Of a stretch of DNA of 44,393 nucleotides, positions 14,043 to 22,283 are shown piece by piece (position 1 is the first letter of the stretch; each line of letters opens with the position of its first letter). The notes beneath the pieces were generated by a model. That model did no database searches. It was not told where the DNA came from and worked only from the letters and a program-made list of their open reading frames with translations. The translations under genes were made by a program, and so were the position numbers. The DNA comes from Thermodesulfobacteriota bacterium (GTDB lineage: Bacteria; Desulfobacterota; DSM-4660; Desulfatiglandales; B25-G16): contig JAYEMW010000346.1 of assembly GCA_034718555.1 (NCBI GenBank), forward strand, positions 1 through 44,393, given 5' to 3'.

Positions 14043-16301
14043 TTATTTATTATCCAGACAAACCAAGCCATCCCACATTTCCCCCGGAGGGTTATGCCTA
14101 TATTTTTCGCAAAACTCTAAATAAAAAGTAGAAGGACCATCGTCTTTATTTATTTTTGTAGATTCATAAAACATCTTTATTGCCTCTTCCCAGGATTGCC
14201 TCGTATAGGCGCTAAGAGCTTTAGAAAAGGTTTCGCAAAGTTTTCTTTGTTTTTCATTAGATTTTTCAACGAGGCAAAGTAATTCATGAACGATAATAGA
14301 TCTTGATTTTCCGGCCAGGAGAAACTTGCCAAGTCTTCTTGTTAGAAAGCCATTTAGTTGGTAGAGTACATCTTCAGAGACCAGTATACGTGTGCCAAGA
14401 TATTTATTCAGTCCCTCTAACCTTGAAACTGTATTGACAATGTCCCCAACAGGGCGATACTCATAATGGTCAATGGCGCCAATATTACCCATAGACATTT
14501 GTCCTGAATGTAAGGCTATACGAGTTGGAAGTTGAAAGTCGCCTTGGCATTGATTAAATTGACATACCGCCTTTGCAATACCTAATGCTGCAAGGCAGGC
14601 CTTATTTCTTAGAGTGGTGTCAGGTTGTGTTGTTGACCATAATGCAAGCATAGAATCCCCTATAACGTCTGAAACATACCCGTTGTATTCCTTTACAGGC
14701 TTAAAAGCTAATTTATAGTATTCATTCATAAAACTACTGAGTTCCTTTGGATTCATAGCCTCTGATAAAGCAGTGTATTGTTCTGCATCTGTCATCAAAC
14801 AAGCGCCATAAACAATTTGACCTTCTGTTTTGATATCCGACATATTTTTCACTAATTGATCTACTATCTTATCAGGCAAATAGTATTCAAGGGCCCTTCT
14901 GGTATTTTTTCGTTCCCTGTTTGTATCGAAGTATTCCCATGACACCGCACCAAAGAAGGCAAAGGGCGCTTGAAAAAATATAGGGATAACAATTGGATGC
15001 CAAATGCCAGTATGCTTGAATTGATAATAAGCAACAAATAAATAAAGTGTACCTAACCCAGATACACTAACAGCTGAGATGACAGGAGAAAAAAGAAGAC
15101 AAAAAAAGCCCAGCGCCATACCCCAAAGAAAAATAGTCGAAAGGTGAGAGAAAAGACTGAGCGACTGGACGGGCATGTCCTCTAACAAATTTGCGAATGC
15201 CGTTGCTGCAATCTCAACGCCGCTAATATCTAAACCTAAGCCGCTTGACTGAGAAAAAACCGTATGAAAACCATCTTTTTGTTGTGGTCGTAATTGTTCT
15301 GAAAGTCCAACAAATATAGCCTTGCCGTTTAGTTGAGTTACCTTTTGACTTACAGGGGCTTTTTTCTTATTCTGTAGTATTTGATAATATGGAACAGTGG
15401 TAATAGTCCCAGGCGGCCCGTAGAAATTGAGATAGTGACTTTGTGGTCCCTGATACATCTTGATAAGGGACATGAGGAGTTGATTTTTTTTAAGGTCAAC
15501 AGGCTGTATATTTTGATCTTTCAAATTATCTAAGATTTTTTCAACAATCAATGGGTTGTTTTTAAAAATGTTTCTCAGCATCAATATGAGTTTTTTTACT
15601 CCTCTGGACTCTAAGATTGTATTCTTGTCAACAGGTAGCTGTTCAGTAAAAGATGGGGTAATTTCCTTCAACAATTGCACAAACTCATCATACACATCCA
15701 ATGCGAATATTTGAAAAGCCGCAACCGGTAAGGTAGGAGTATTAACAACGCCTGTTTTTATTAACCAGTATTGACTAACCTTAATGGGCACTTTTGGGAG
15801 GGGGAAGGGGGCTAAGGCAGCAGCGGCTTGAGCAAGTGTGGGGGCAGGTGATTCCAGTTTTTCAATACTAATCTCCCCTGTTTGGTTGCCTTTTTTGTCA
15901 ACCACGGGAATTGTCTCTTTTTTGAGGCATTCACATAAGACAACATTACCTGCCTTACTAACTGCTTTAGCGAGTAGATTATCGTATTTTGTTGAATGGG
16001 ATTTATCGAAAATGATATCAAAGGCAATAACTGAGACACCTTCTTTGGTCAGGTTTTCAATGAGTGTCGTATGAAGGGAGCGAGGCCATTTTTCCGGGTT
16101 TGTCGGCAGGGAGAGATTATCGGCTGTGGACTTGTCCATGGTTACTATAATGACTTCAGAAGGGGCTTTTCTTGGACCCCTTAGCTTAAATAGCAAACCC
16201 AGTCCCATATTTTTTTCAAGTTCAAACAGGGTAGGAATCAGGGTTAGGCCTATTAAACCTGTCATCAAACCCATGGTTACTGCCTTATAAAACCTTGACA
16301 T
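14043..16301 (-). CDS. CHASE2 extracytoplasmic sensor domain - TM - class III nucleotide cyclase
   Basis: There is an N-terminal TM helix, a ~350-aa periplasmic region of CHASE2 type, 3-4 TM helices, then cyclase motifs: LMTDAEQYT, VIGDSMLALW, RIALHSGQMSMGNIG, VGDIVNTVSRLEG. The stop lies 13 nt before the downstream ATG. Confidence 0.8.
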   Translation of the reverse strand: MSRFYKAVTMGLMTGLIGLTLIPTLFELEKNMGLGLLFKLRGPRKAPSEVIIVTMDKSTADNLSLPTNPEKWPRSLHTTLIENLTKEGVSVIAFDIIFDKSHSTKYDNLLAKAVSKAGNVVLCECLKKETIPVVDKKGNQTGEISIEKLESPAPTLAQAAAALAPFPLPKVPIKVSQYWLIKTGVVNTPTLPVAAFQIFALDVYDEFVQLLKEITPSFTEQLPVDKNTILESRGVKKLILMLRNIFKNNPLIVEKILDNLKDQNIQPVDLKKNQLLMSLIKMYQGPQSHYLNFYGPPGTITTVPYYQILQNKKKAPVSQKVTQLNGKAIFVGLSEQLRPQQKDGFHTVFSQSSGLGLDISGVEIAATAFANLLEDMPVQSLSLFSHLSTIFLWGMALGFFCLLFSPVISAVSVSGLGTLYLFVAYYQFKHTGIWHPIVIPIFFQAPFAFFGAVSWEYFDTNRERKNTRRALEYYLPDKIVDQLVKNMSDIKTEGQIVYGACLMTDAEQYTALSEAMNPKELSSFMNEYYKLAFKPVKEYNGYVSDVIGDSMLALWSTTQPDTTLRNKACLAALGIAKAVCQFNQCQGDFQLPTRIALHSGQMSMGNIGAIDHYEYRPVGDIVNTVSRLEGLNKYLGTRILVSEDVLYQLNGFLTRRLGKFLLAGKSRSIIVHELLCLVEKSNEKQRKLCETFSKALSAYTRQSWEEAIKMFYESTKINKDDGPSTFYLEFCEKYRHNPPGEMWDGLVCLDNK

Positions 16302-16628
16302 AAAGCGCTCCCTATGGCTGATTGATAATTAGTTTTCTTTCTCTAAATACCAACGTTGCATTAGCGAACTTAATATGGCAATCTTTTTTAAAATTAAAGC
16401 GGTTAAAGATTGCCCAGGCGTTGTTTCAGGAGTTCGTACCTTTCAAAATAAGGCCAAACAAGTTATTGGTAACCTTCGGTTCAGACGCGGCTCAACTACT
16501 CAGTCTTATAACAGGTGTGGAAATATCGATATGAAAATGATGCCCTATGCATTTTACCTTTGGAACAAAGAATCTTAGCCTTTTCTCAGCCTTATGTGTG
16601 ATATCTTATTTAAATACAGGTAAAACAA

Positions 16629-16652
16629 TTGATAAAATTGCAATTTTATCAA
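16629..16652. promoter_or_regulatory. 24-bp perfect palindrome, candidate operator
   Basis: TTGATAAAATTGCAATTTTATCAA is its own reverse complement. It sits in the 613-bp intergenic region, 328 nt upstream of the CHASE2 cyclase ATG. Confidence 0.5.
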
Positions 16653-16799
16653 ACGAAACATAGAATTATAAGTCAAGAGAAAAATCTAAAACAGGGTAAA
16701 ATCCAAAATCTGGGTTAAAAATATAGGTAGCCGTTCGCGGCTTGAAACTTGTCGAAGATACAGCCAAGCGGGGAAATTGGAAAATAGAAATTTGGGAGA

Positions 16800-16856
16800 C
16801 CTGTCTGCGCCTGCCTGTGCGATGCACGCAGACAGGTGCGGGCACGCACAGGCAGG
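16800..16856. repeat. GC-rich interleaved inverted repeats (A B A' B' order), REP-like element
   Basis: CCTGTCTGCG (16800-16809) pairs with CGCAGACAGG (16827-16836). CCTGCCTGTGCG (16810-16821) pairs with CGCACAGGCAGG (16845-16856). Related CTGTCTGC/GCAGAC strings occur at 4071-4095 and 44228-44359. Confidence 0.7.
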
Positions 16857-16914
16857 GATGAAGCGAGTTTACGACTAAAGAAAGGAGCCTTTCGGCAAGG
16901 AAAGATCCAGCGGG

Positions 16915-17634
16915 TTAATCGCCCAGGTAGGCTTTTTTGACCTGCTCGCTTTGTAGTAGCGACTCAGCAGTATCTGAAAGGGTACGTCCAGTCTCCATTA
17001 CGTATCCCATATCCGAATTATTAAGGGCCATATGAGCATTCTGCTCTACAAGGAAAATGGTCGTGCCTCGCTTCTTGATAGTAATGATTGCCTCGAAGAT
17101 AGTCTTGACCAGTTTCGGGGCGAGACCTAATGAGGGTTCATCCAGCAGTAATAGCAGAGGTCTGCCCATGATTGCCCTCTGGCCATGGCGAGCATTTGCT
17201 GTTCTCCACCGCTCAAGGTGCCACCTAACTGTTTTCCCCTACTTTTCAAGATAGGAAAGAACTCAAAGGCCCAATCATGATTCTTTGCAATCTCTGCCTT
17301 GTCCGAACGCAGGAAGGCTCCCATCTCTAAATTTTCAAGGGTAGTCATACGGGGAATATCTGCCGTCCCTCAGGGGTTTGGGCTACCCATCGGGCTGCGA
17401 CCTGTTCCGGTCGCAGATGCTGAATCGGCTCACCGTCAAGTAGTATTTTTCCTTCCGCAGGAGGTTGAACGCCAAAAACAGTCAGGAGCGTCGTAGACTT
17501 GCCTGCGCCGTTTGCGCCTATTAGGCAGGCAATTCCGACATGAGGTGTGGAAAGAGAGATACCCTTAAGGGCGTGAATGTTTCCATAATATGTATGCACA
17601 TTTTCAAGTTACAAGATAGGGATTTCGCCATTCA
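16915..17634 (-). pseudogene. livF: branched-chain amino acid ABC transporter ATP-binding protein (LivF-type), disrupted
   Basis: Walker A (GANGAGKST), signature (LSGGEQQMLA) and Walker B (LLLLDEPSLGLAP) are spread over three frames. Two 1-nt frameshifts lie in C and G homopolymer runs near 17345 and 17175. An in-frame TAA occurs in MNGEIPIL*LENVHTYYG. No livGHMK partner is nearby. Confidence 0.8.
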
Positions 17635-17700
17635 TTGTCTTAAGACAACAGGCTGTGAAGACCTGACGCCGTTTTTCTTTGATTGTAAAAAATAAGGGGT

Positions 17701-17748
17701 TAAAATAAAATAGCTACAGTCACATTCAGAGATGTTTGGCTGTAGCTA
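17701..17748 (-). terminator. rho-independent terminator after the FAD oxidoreductase gene
   Basis: A 9-bp stem, TAGCTACAG (17711-17719) with CTGTAGCTA (17740-17748), is followed on the minus strand by TTTTATTTTA. Confidence 0.6.
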
Positions 17749-17852
17749 AAAAATAATAACCTTTTGTTAATGGATATTTTTTGTTCAAATTAATGTTGGA
17801 GCAAAATCGGGTTGCCGAATTAAACCAATTTTAGGTTGCAATTTCTACTTTT

Positions 17853-19046
17853 CTAAACAATTCCCTTTTCAGACAATGGCTTGTTTTCAAGTATTCTCTC
17901 CGGCCCAAAAACCGAAAGATCCAAAGATATTGTATTACCGATGATTAGTTCGGATATATAACGTCCCACAGCAGGAGCCTGTTGTAAGCCATGCCCGGAG
18001 AAACCGTTAGCAAGAAAAAGGCCTTTAGTCTCCGGCCATTCTCCAAGAATGGCATTTTCATCAAGTGTGTTAACAGCGTAAAGTCCAGCCCAGCCTCTCA
18101 TCAGTTTTAGCGTATCGAAGGAAGGCACAAACTCTGCCAATTCAGGCCATAAAATCTCCATAAATCTCTTGTTATCCCATGTGAAGTCGAACTCAATCGG
18201 ATCTTCGTCCATCGATTTTCCAAGGAGTATCAGATTGCCGATCTCAGTGCGAAAGTAGAGCCCCGAGGGCAAAATTGTAAGGGGTAATGGTCCCTCCGGT
18301 TTTACCGCCGGATCCAATGTAAAAATTTGGCGCTTGATTGGAACAACCGGTAAATTTACATTGGTTGTTTTTGCAACTTTAGTTGCCCAGGCACCCGCAC
18401 AATTGACAATAATTTTGGCAGTGAGAATTTCACCTGAAGCCAATTTGACACCAGTGACTGTATTTCCAACGGTCGTGATTTCAACAACTTCATCCTTCAA
18501 GAATTCTGTTCCGAGAGTCCTGGTCCTGGCTCTATAAGCCATGAGCACAGAGTATGCGTCAAGGTGCCCGTCCTGAGGGCCAAATGTACCGCCAACACAA
18601 TCAGCAGGATCGTAGAGCGGATAATGTTCTTTTACCTTATTCGGAGTCCACCATTCAACTTCGCAGCCTAATCTTTTTTGAACCGCTATCGCTTCTTCAG
18701 CTGCCTTCCTGCTCGAATTGTCTACCAGAAAGAGGTTTCCTTCTCGGTGATAACTTATGTTTGGCTTTTCATCGTTCACAGACATCTCCTCCTCAAATCG
18801 TTCTAGAATCTTAAAGGCATACTGCGATATCTGGACATTTTCTTTAAGACTAAACTGGATTCGAATGTTGGCCATTGATAGGGTACTTGATGCCCGGGCA
18901 TAGGTGGGGTCCATTTCGATAACAGCTATCTTAAGTTTGTTGTCAGAATTTATGAGATGGTAGGCGGTGGAGCAACCCATAATTCCTCCGCCAACTATAA
19001 TCACGTCATAGCGTCCCTTTTCCATAACCAATAAAACCTCCTCCAT
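17853..19046 (-). CDS. FAD-dependent oxidoreductase, DAO family (D-proline/D-hydroxyproline dehydrogenase-like)
   Basis: It has the dinucleotide fold YDVIIVGGGIMGCSTAYHL and DAO-family length and C-terminal motifs (GFSGHGLQQAP). It is adjacent to a proline-racemase-family gene. The start could instead be ATG 19025, which follows a GGAGGAGG sequence. Confidence 0.8.
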   Translation of the reverse strand: MEEVLLVMEKGRYDVIIVGGGIMGCSTAYHLINSDNKLKIAVIEMDPTYARASSTLSMANIRIQFSLKENVQISQYAFKILERFEEEMSVNDEKPNISYHREGNLFLVDNSSRKAAEEAIAVQKRLGCEVEWWTPNKVKEHYPLYDPADCVGGTFGPQDGHLDAYSVLMAYRARTRTLGTEFLKDEVVEITTVGNTVTGVKLASGEILTAKIIVNCAGAWATKVAKTTNVNLPVVPIKRQIFTLDPAVKPEGPLPLTILPSGLYFRTEIGNLILLGKSMDEDPIEFDFTWDNKRFMEILWPELAEFVPSFDTLKLMRGWAGLYAVNTLDENAILGEWPETKGLFLANGFSGHGLQQAPAVGRYISELIIGNTISLDLSVFGPERILENKPLSEKGIV

Positions 19047-19248
19047 AATAGTTATGTAGGCCCTGATTTCTTCAGCTGCCCATTTTGATAAATTCTATGA
19101 ACATATTAATATCATGCCCTTTAAACCTTTCTGATGATATTAAAAACATCTGGTACCTGACTTTTTACAGGACCATCAGTTTTAAGCGAAAAAAAATGAC
19201 CGATATCCCTCATAGTATTTATTGGGGACATTTTTTCATGTTTCATTT

Positions 19249-20244
19249 TTATATTGAAAACCCAGTTTTATAAGGATCGTCATCAGAAGCCACAAAGTTT
19301 TGAAAGCCGGTTATATAGGCACTGCCTGTGACTTCAGGAATGATGGTCGTCACTTGTCTGAGCTGTGTTTCTTTTACAATGGTTCCCTGAAATTTAGTTC
19401 CCAAAATGCTCTCATAGGTGTAAAGACTACCTGATTGCAATTTATTTTGGGCATGCAAATAAGCCATTTTAGCGCATGTCCCTGTTCCGCATGGGGAGCG
19501 ATCTATTTGGCCAGCACCAAAGACAACCACATTGCGAGGTGAGTTGCCTTCATTGTAAAACTCAACCAGTTCCACCTTGACTTGTTTCCCACTAATCGGA
19601 TTTAAGATTTTTTCTTCTGAATTTAACTTGTCTCTAATCTTTAGACCAAGCTCTTTAATTTGTTTCAGGTGGGATAAAGTAATTTTAAGACCAACATCAT
19701 CAGCTTTAACCAGGGCAAAATAATTGCCACCATAAGCAATTGTAATTGGTAGGTTCTTAAATTCCTCTGTATTTATTGTCAAGCAGGCACACAAGAATGA
19801 AGGCACATTACGTATGGTTACCTGGGTTGCTCTGCTGTTTTTTAATTTTGCCCGAGCCATAATAATTCCTGCAGGGGTATCTAAAAAAACAGTTTTTTCA
19901 AAATCTTTTTTAGATATCGGGATGATGCCGGTTTCTAAAATTACAGTGACTGCGCCCATACTGCCATGACCGCACATGTCCAGATAGCCACCACTATCCA
20001 TAAATATCACCCCGATATCGGCCTTACTGGACGTCGGTTCAGTAATAGCCGCTCCAAACATATCCTTATGTCCCCGGGGTTCAAACATCAGCATACGTCT
20101 AATATAATCCCGATTTTTGGCAAACCAGGCCTTTTTTTCTTTCATGTTCCGGCCTGGAATAGGGCCAATGCCACCAGTTATTACCCTGGTTGGTTCTCCA
20201 AGGGTATGTGTATCAACAGTATTGATTAGACAACTAAATTGCAT
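19249..20244 (-). CDS. proline racemase / 4-hydroxyproline 2-epimerase family enzyme (Cys/Cys type)
   Basis: It carries the signature motifs LDMCGHGSMG and DRSPCGTGTCA. Both catalytic Cys are present, which argues for a racemase/epimerase rather than a dehydratase. Confidence 0.9.
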   Translation of the reverse strand: MQFSCLINTVDTHTLGEPTRVITGGIGPIPGRNMKEKKAWFAKNRDYIRRMLMFEPRGHKDMFGAAITEPTSSKADIGVIFMDSGGYLDMCGHGSMGAVTVILETGIIPISKKDFEKTVFLDTPAGIIMARAKLKNSRATQVTIRNVPSFLCACLTINTEEFKNLPITIAYGGNYFALVKADDVGLKITLSHLKQIKELGLKIRDKLNSEEKILNPISGKQVKVELVEFYNEGNSPRNVVVFGAGQIDRSPCGTGTCAKMAYLHAQNKLQSGSLYTYESILGTKFQGTIVKETQLRQVTTIIPEVTGSAYITGFQNFVASDDDPYKTGFSI

Positions 20245-20368
20245 AAAATAATCCGCGAATATTTTCTTGTGAGGCCTTTCTGATTTTTTAGGATTTTTGC
20301 AGGCTGACTTTGGCCAAACTGTCTAAAAAAGGACTAAACGTATCACAGCATCGCAGGGGTCCACATAA

Positions 20369-21688
20369 CTACCTGAGTCCAAAAATTACATCGGGAAACC
20401 ACAGAGTTATCTGAGGAAAAAACAGAATCACCAGCATCACAATAAACTGAATAGCTACAAACGGTAGAATGGAGCGGTATATATCCCCCATACTTACCTC
20501 GGGAGGAGCAACCCCCTTCAAATAAAATAGGGTAAATCCAAAGGGCGGCGTCAGATAATCCATCTCCTCCTCTACCATGAAAAGAATCCCAAACCATACC
20601 GGGTCATAGCCGAGCTGAATTACTATCGGTAGTAAAACAGGAACGATGATCATCATCTCGGTTATCTCATCTACAAAAAACCCAAAAGAGATCATTATAA
20701 CTAATGCGATAAGAAAAAACTGAATAGGTTCTAACCCTGCACCAATTATCGCATCTTGCACTAGCTGTGTGCCCCCTGTTCGGAAAAAGATGCTGGTAAA
20801 GCAGGAGGTGCCGAAGAGAATCCACATAATCATTCCGGTAACCGCCATGGTTCTATAACCTGCCTCTTTGACCATTTGCCAGTTGAGCCGGCGGTTTATC
20901 GCGGCACTGACCAAAGCCCCAACAGCACCTACAGCGGCAGCCTCTGTAGGGGAGGCGATTCCTAAGAAAATCGATCCCAGAACGGCAAGAATGAGAAGTA
21001 CAGGCAAGACTAACCCTCTGGCTAAGAGGATTTTCTCCTTCAAGGAAACCCTTTGCTCGGGGGGCAGAGCGGGAGCAAGGTGTGGCTGAAAGTAGCACCT
21101 TACGCCTATATAGCTCAAAAAAAGAAAAGAGAGCATCAGCCCGGGTATTATCCCCGCAGCAAAGAGCCTTCCTATAGATACCCTGGCTATCATACCATAG
21201 ATAATCAGCGATACACTGGGAGGGATAAGAATTCCCAGCGCCCCTCCAGCCAGGATAGGGCCTATGGCTATACTCTTGCTGTAGCCATGTTTAAGCATAA
21301 TGGGAAGGGCAATAATGCCCATAGTGACAACCCCGGTAGTGGTCACCCCCGACATGGCGGCAATTAGCGTGCAAATCAGCACCGTTCCCATTGACAAACC
21401 ACCCCTTATACTTCCCAGCAATTGCTGCATAAAATCGTAAAGGGCATGAGCTACGCCACACTTCTCCAGCACGCATGCCATAAAGATAAATAGAGGCATA
21501 GCAACCAGAACCATGCTGGACATCATACCAAAGATGTTCGTGGCAACGAAAGGAAGGCTCATAGGGCCAATGAATATCCAGGCGACAATGATAGAGCTAC
21601 TGGCCAGGGCAAACGCCATTGGTAATCCGGTGACTAGACCTAATACGAGACCACCAGCCAGATACATTATAGGAATCCAATCTATCAT
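20369..21688 (-). CDS. dctM: TRAP transporter large permease (DctM family)
   Basis: A 439-aa polytopic membrane protein. It shows 4-nt start/stop overlap with the upstream small permease gene, which is the typical TRAP gene order. Confidence 0.85.
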   Translation of the reverse strand: MIDWIPIMYLAGGLVLGLVTGLPMAFALASSSIIVAWIFIGPMSLPFVATNIFGMMSSMVLVAMPLFIFMACVLEKCGVAHALYDFMQQLLGSIRGGLSMGTVLICTLIAAMSGVTTTGVVTMGIIALPIMLKHGYSKSIAIGPILAGGALGILIPPSVSLIIYGMIARVSIGRLFAAGIIPGLMLSFLFLSYIGVRCYFQPHLAPALPPEQRVSLKEKILLARGLVLPVLLILAVLGSIFLGIASPTEAAAVGAVGALVSAAINRRLNWQMVKEAGYRTMAVTGMIMWILFGTSCFTSIFFRTGGTQLVQDAIIGAGLEPIQFFLIALVIMISFGFFVDEITEMMIIVPVLLPIVIQLGYDPVWFGILFMVEEEMDYLTPPFGFTLFYLKGVAPPEVSMGDIYRSILPFVAIQFIVMLVILFFPQITLWFPDVIFGLR

Positions 21689-22191
21689 GATAATTCCTTT
21701 CCCTTAAAAGACATGTAGAGAACTCGGATGAAGTGGGCTAACCCCTGAGCAAGCATCAATAAAGCCGCTATAGGTATAGTCAGTTTTAGAGGCCATAGAG
21801 GAGAACCCCAAGGGGAAGGGGAGACCGTCTGCCTTAGCTCCACCGCCCTCCAGGCTGTCATTATTCCATACCGCAGCATTGCAACAATAAACAAGAAAAA
21901 AAGCAGATAGGTGACCGAGTCAATAATGGCTCTGCCTCTCGGTGAGAAACGCCCATAAATAATGTCTATGTTGATATGCTGATGGTGAAGAAGTACATAA
22001 GCCCCAGCGAGCACCGAGTAGGCTCCGAACAGGTGAAGAGTTAACTCGTGAGCCCAGATGGTAGGGGCGTTAAACACATATCTCAGCATTACTTCTAAAA
22101 AAAGTATGCCAGCCATAAAAAGTATCAACACACTTACCAGTTTTCCGCTCCATTCGCTGACAATATCTACTCCGCCCAAGATACGTCTCAT
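21685..22191 (-). CDS. dctQ: TRAP transporter small permease (DctQ family)
   Basis: A 168-aa protein with 4 TM helices, lying between the binding-protein and DctM genes. Confidence 0.8.
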   Translation of the reverse strand: MRRILGGVDIVSEWSGKLVSVLILFMAGILFLEVMLRYVFNAPTIWAHELTLHLFGAYSVLAGAYVLLHHQHINIDIIYGRFSPRGRAIIDSVTYLLFFLFIVAMLRYGIMTAWRAVELRQTVSPSPWGSPLWPLKLTIPIAALLMLAQGLAHFIRVLYMSFKGKELS

Positions 22192-22283
22192 CTTTTACCT
22201 CCTCTTCATGAGCAATTAATATCGACCTCTATGAAGACCTCCCTCTGCTGTGGGGAGGTCTTCACCGGATTGGACCACCACTA

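Noticed and set aside
16322-16578. Two overlapping plus-strand ORFs (70 and 67 aa) lie in the spacer upstream of the CHASE2 operon.
   Set aside because: They overlap each other in different frames, have no SD and no motifs. The region is better interpreted as promoter and regulatory DNA.
19124-19246. A 40-codon minus-strand ORF (MKHEKMSPINTMRDIGHFFSLKTDGPVKSQVPDVFNIIRKV) lies in the 200-bp gap between the racemase-family and DAO genes.
   Set aside because: It is below a reliable length, has no convincing SD and no motif. It could be a relic or chance ORF, and I cannot support it from sequence alone.
20343-20597. An 84-aa minus-strand ORF overlaps the 3' end of dctM in another frame.
   Set aside because: It lies almost entirely within the well-supported DctM coding region and has no independent signals.
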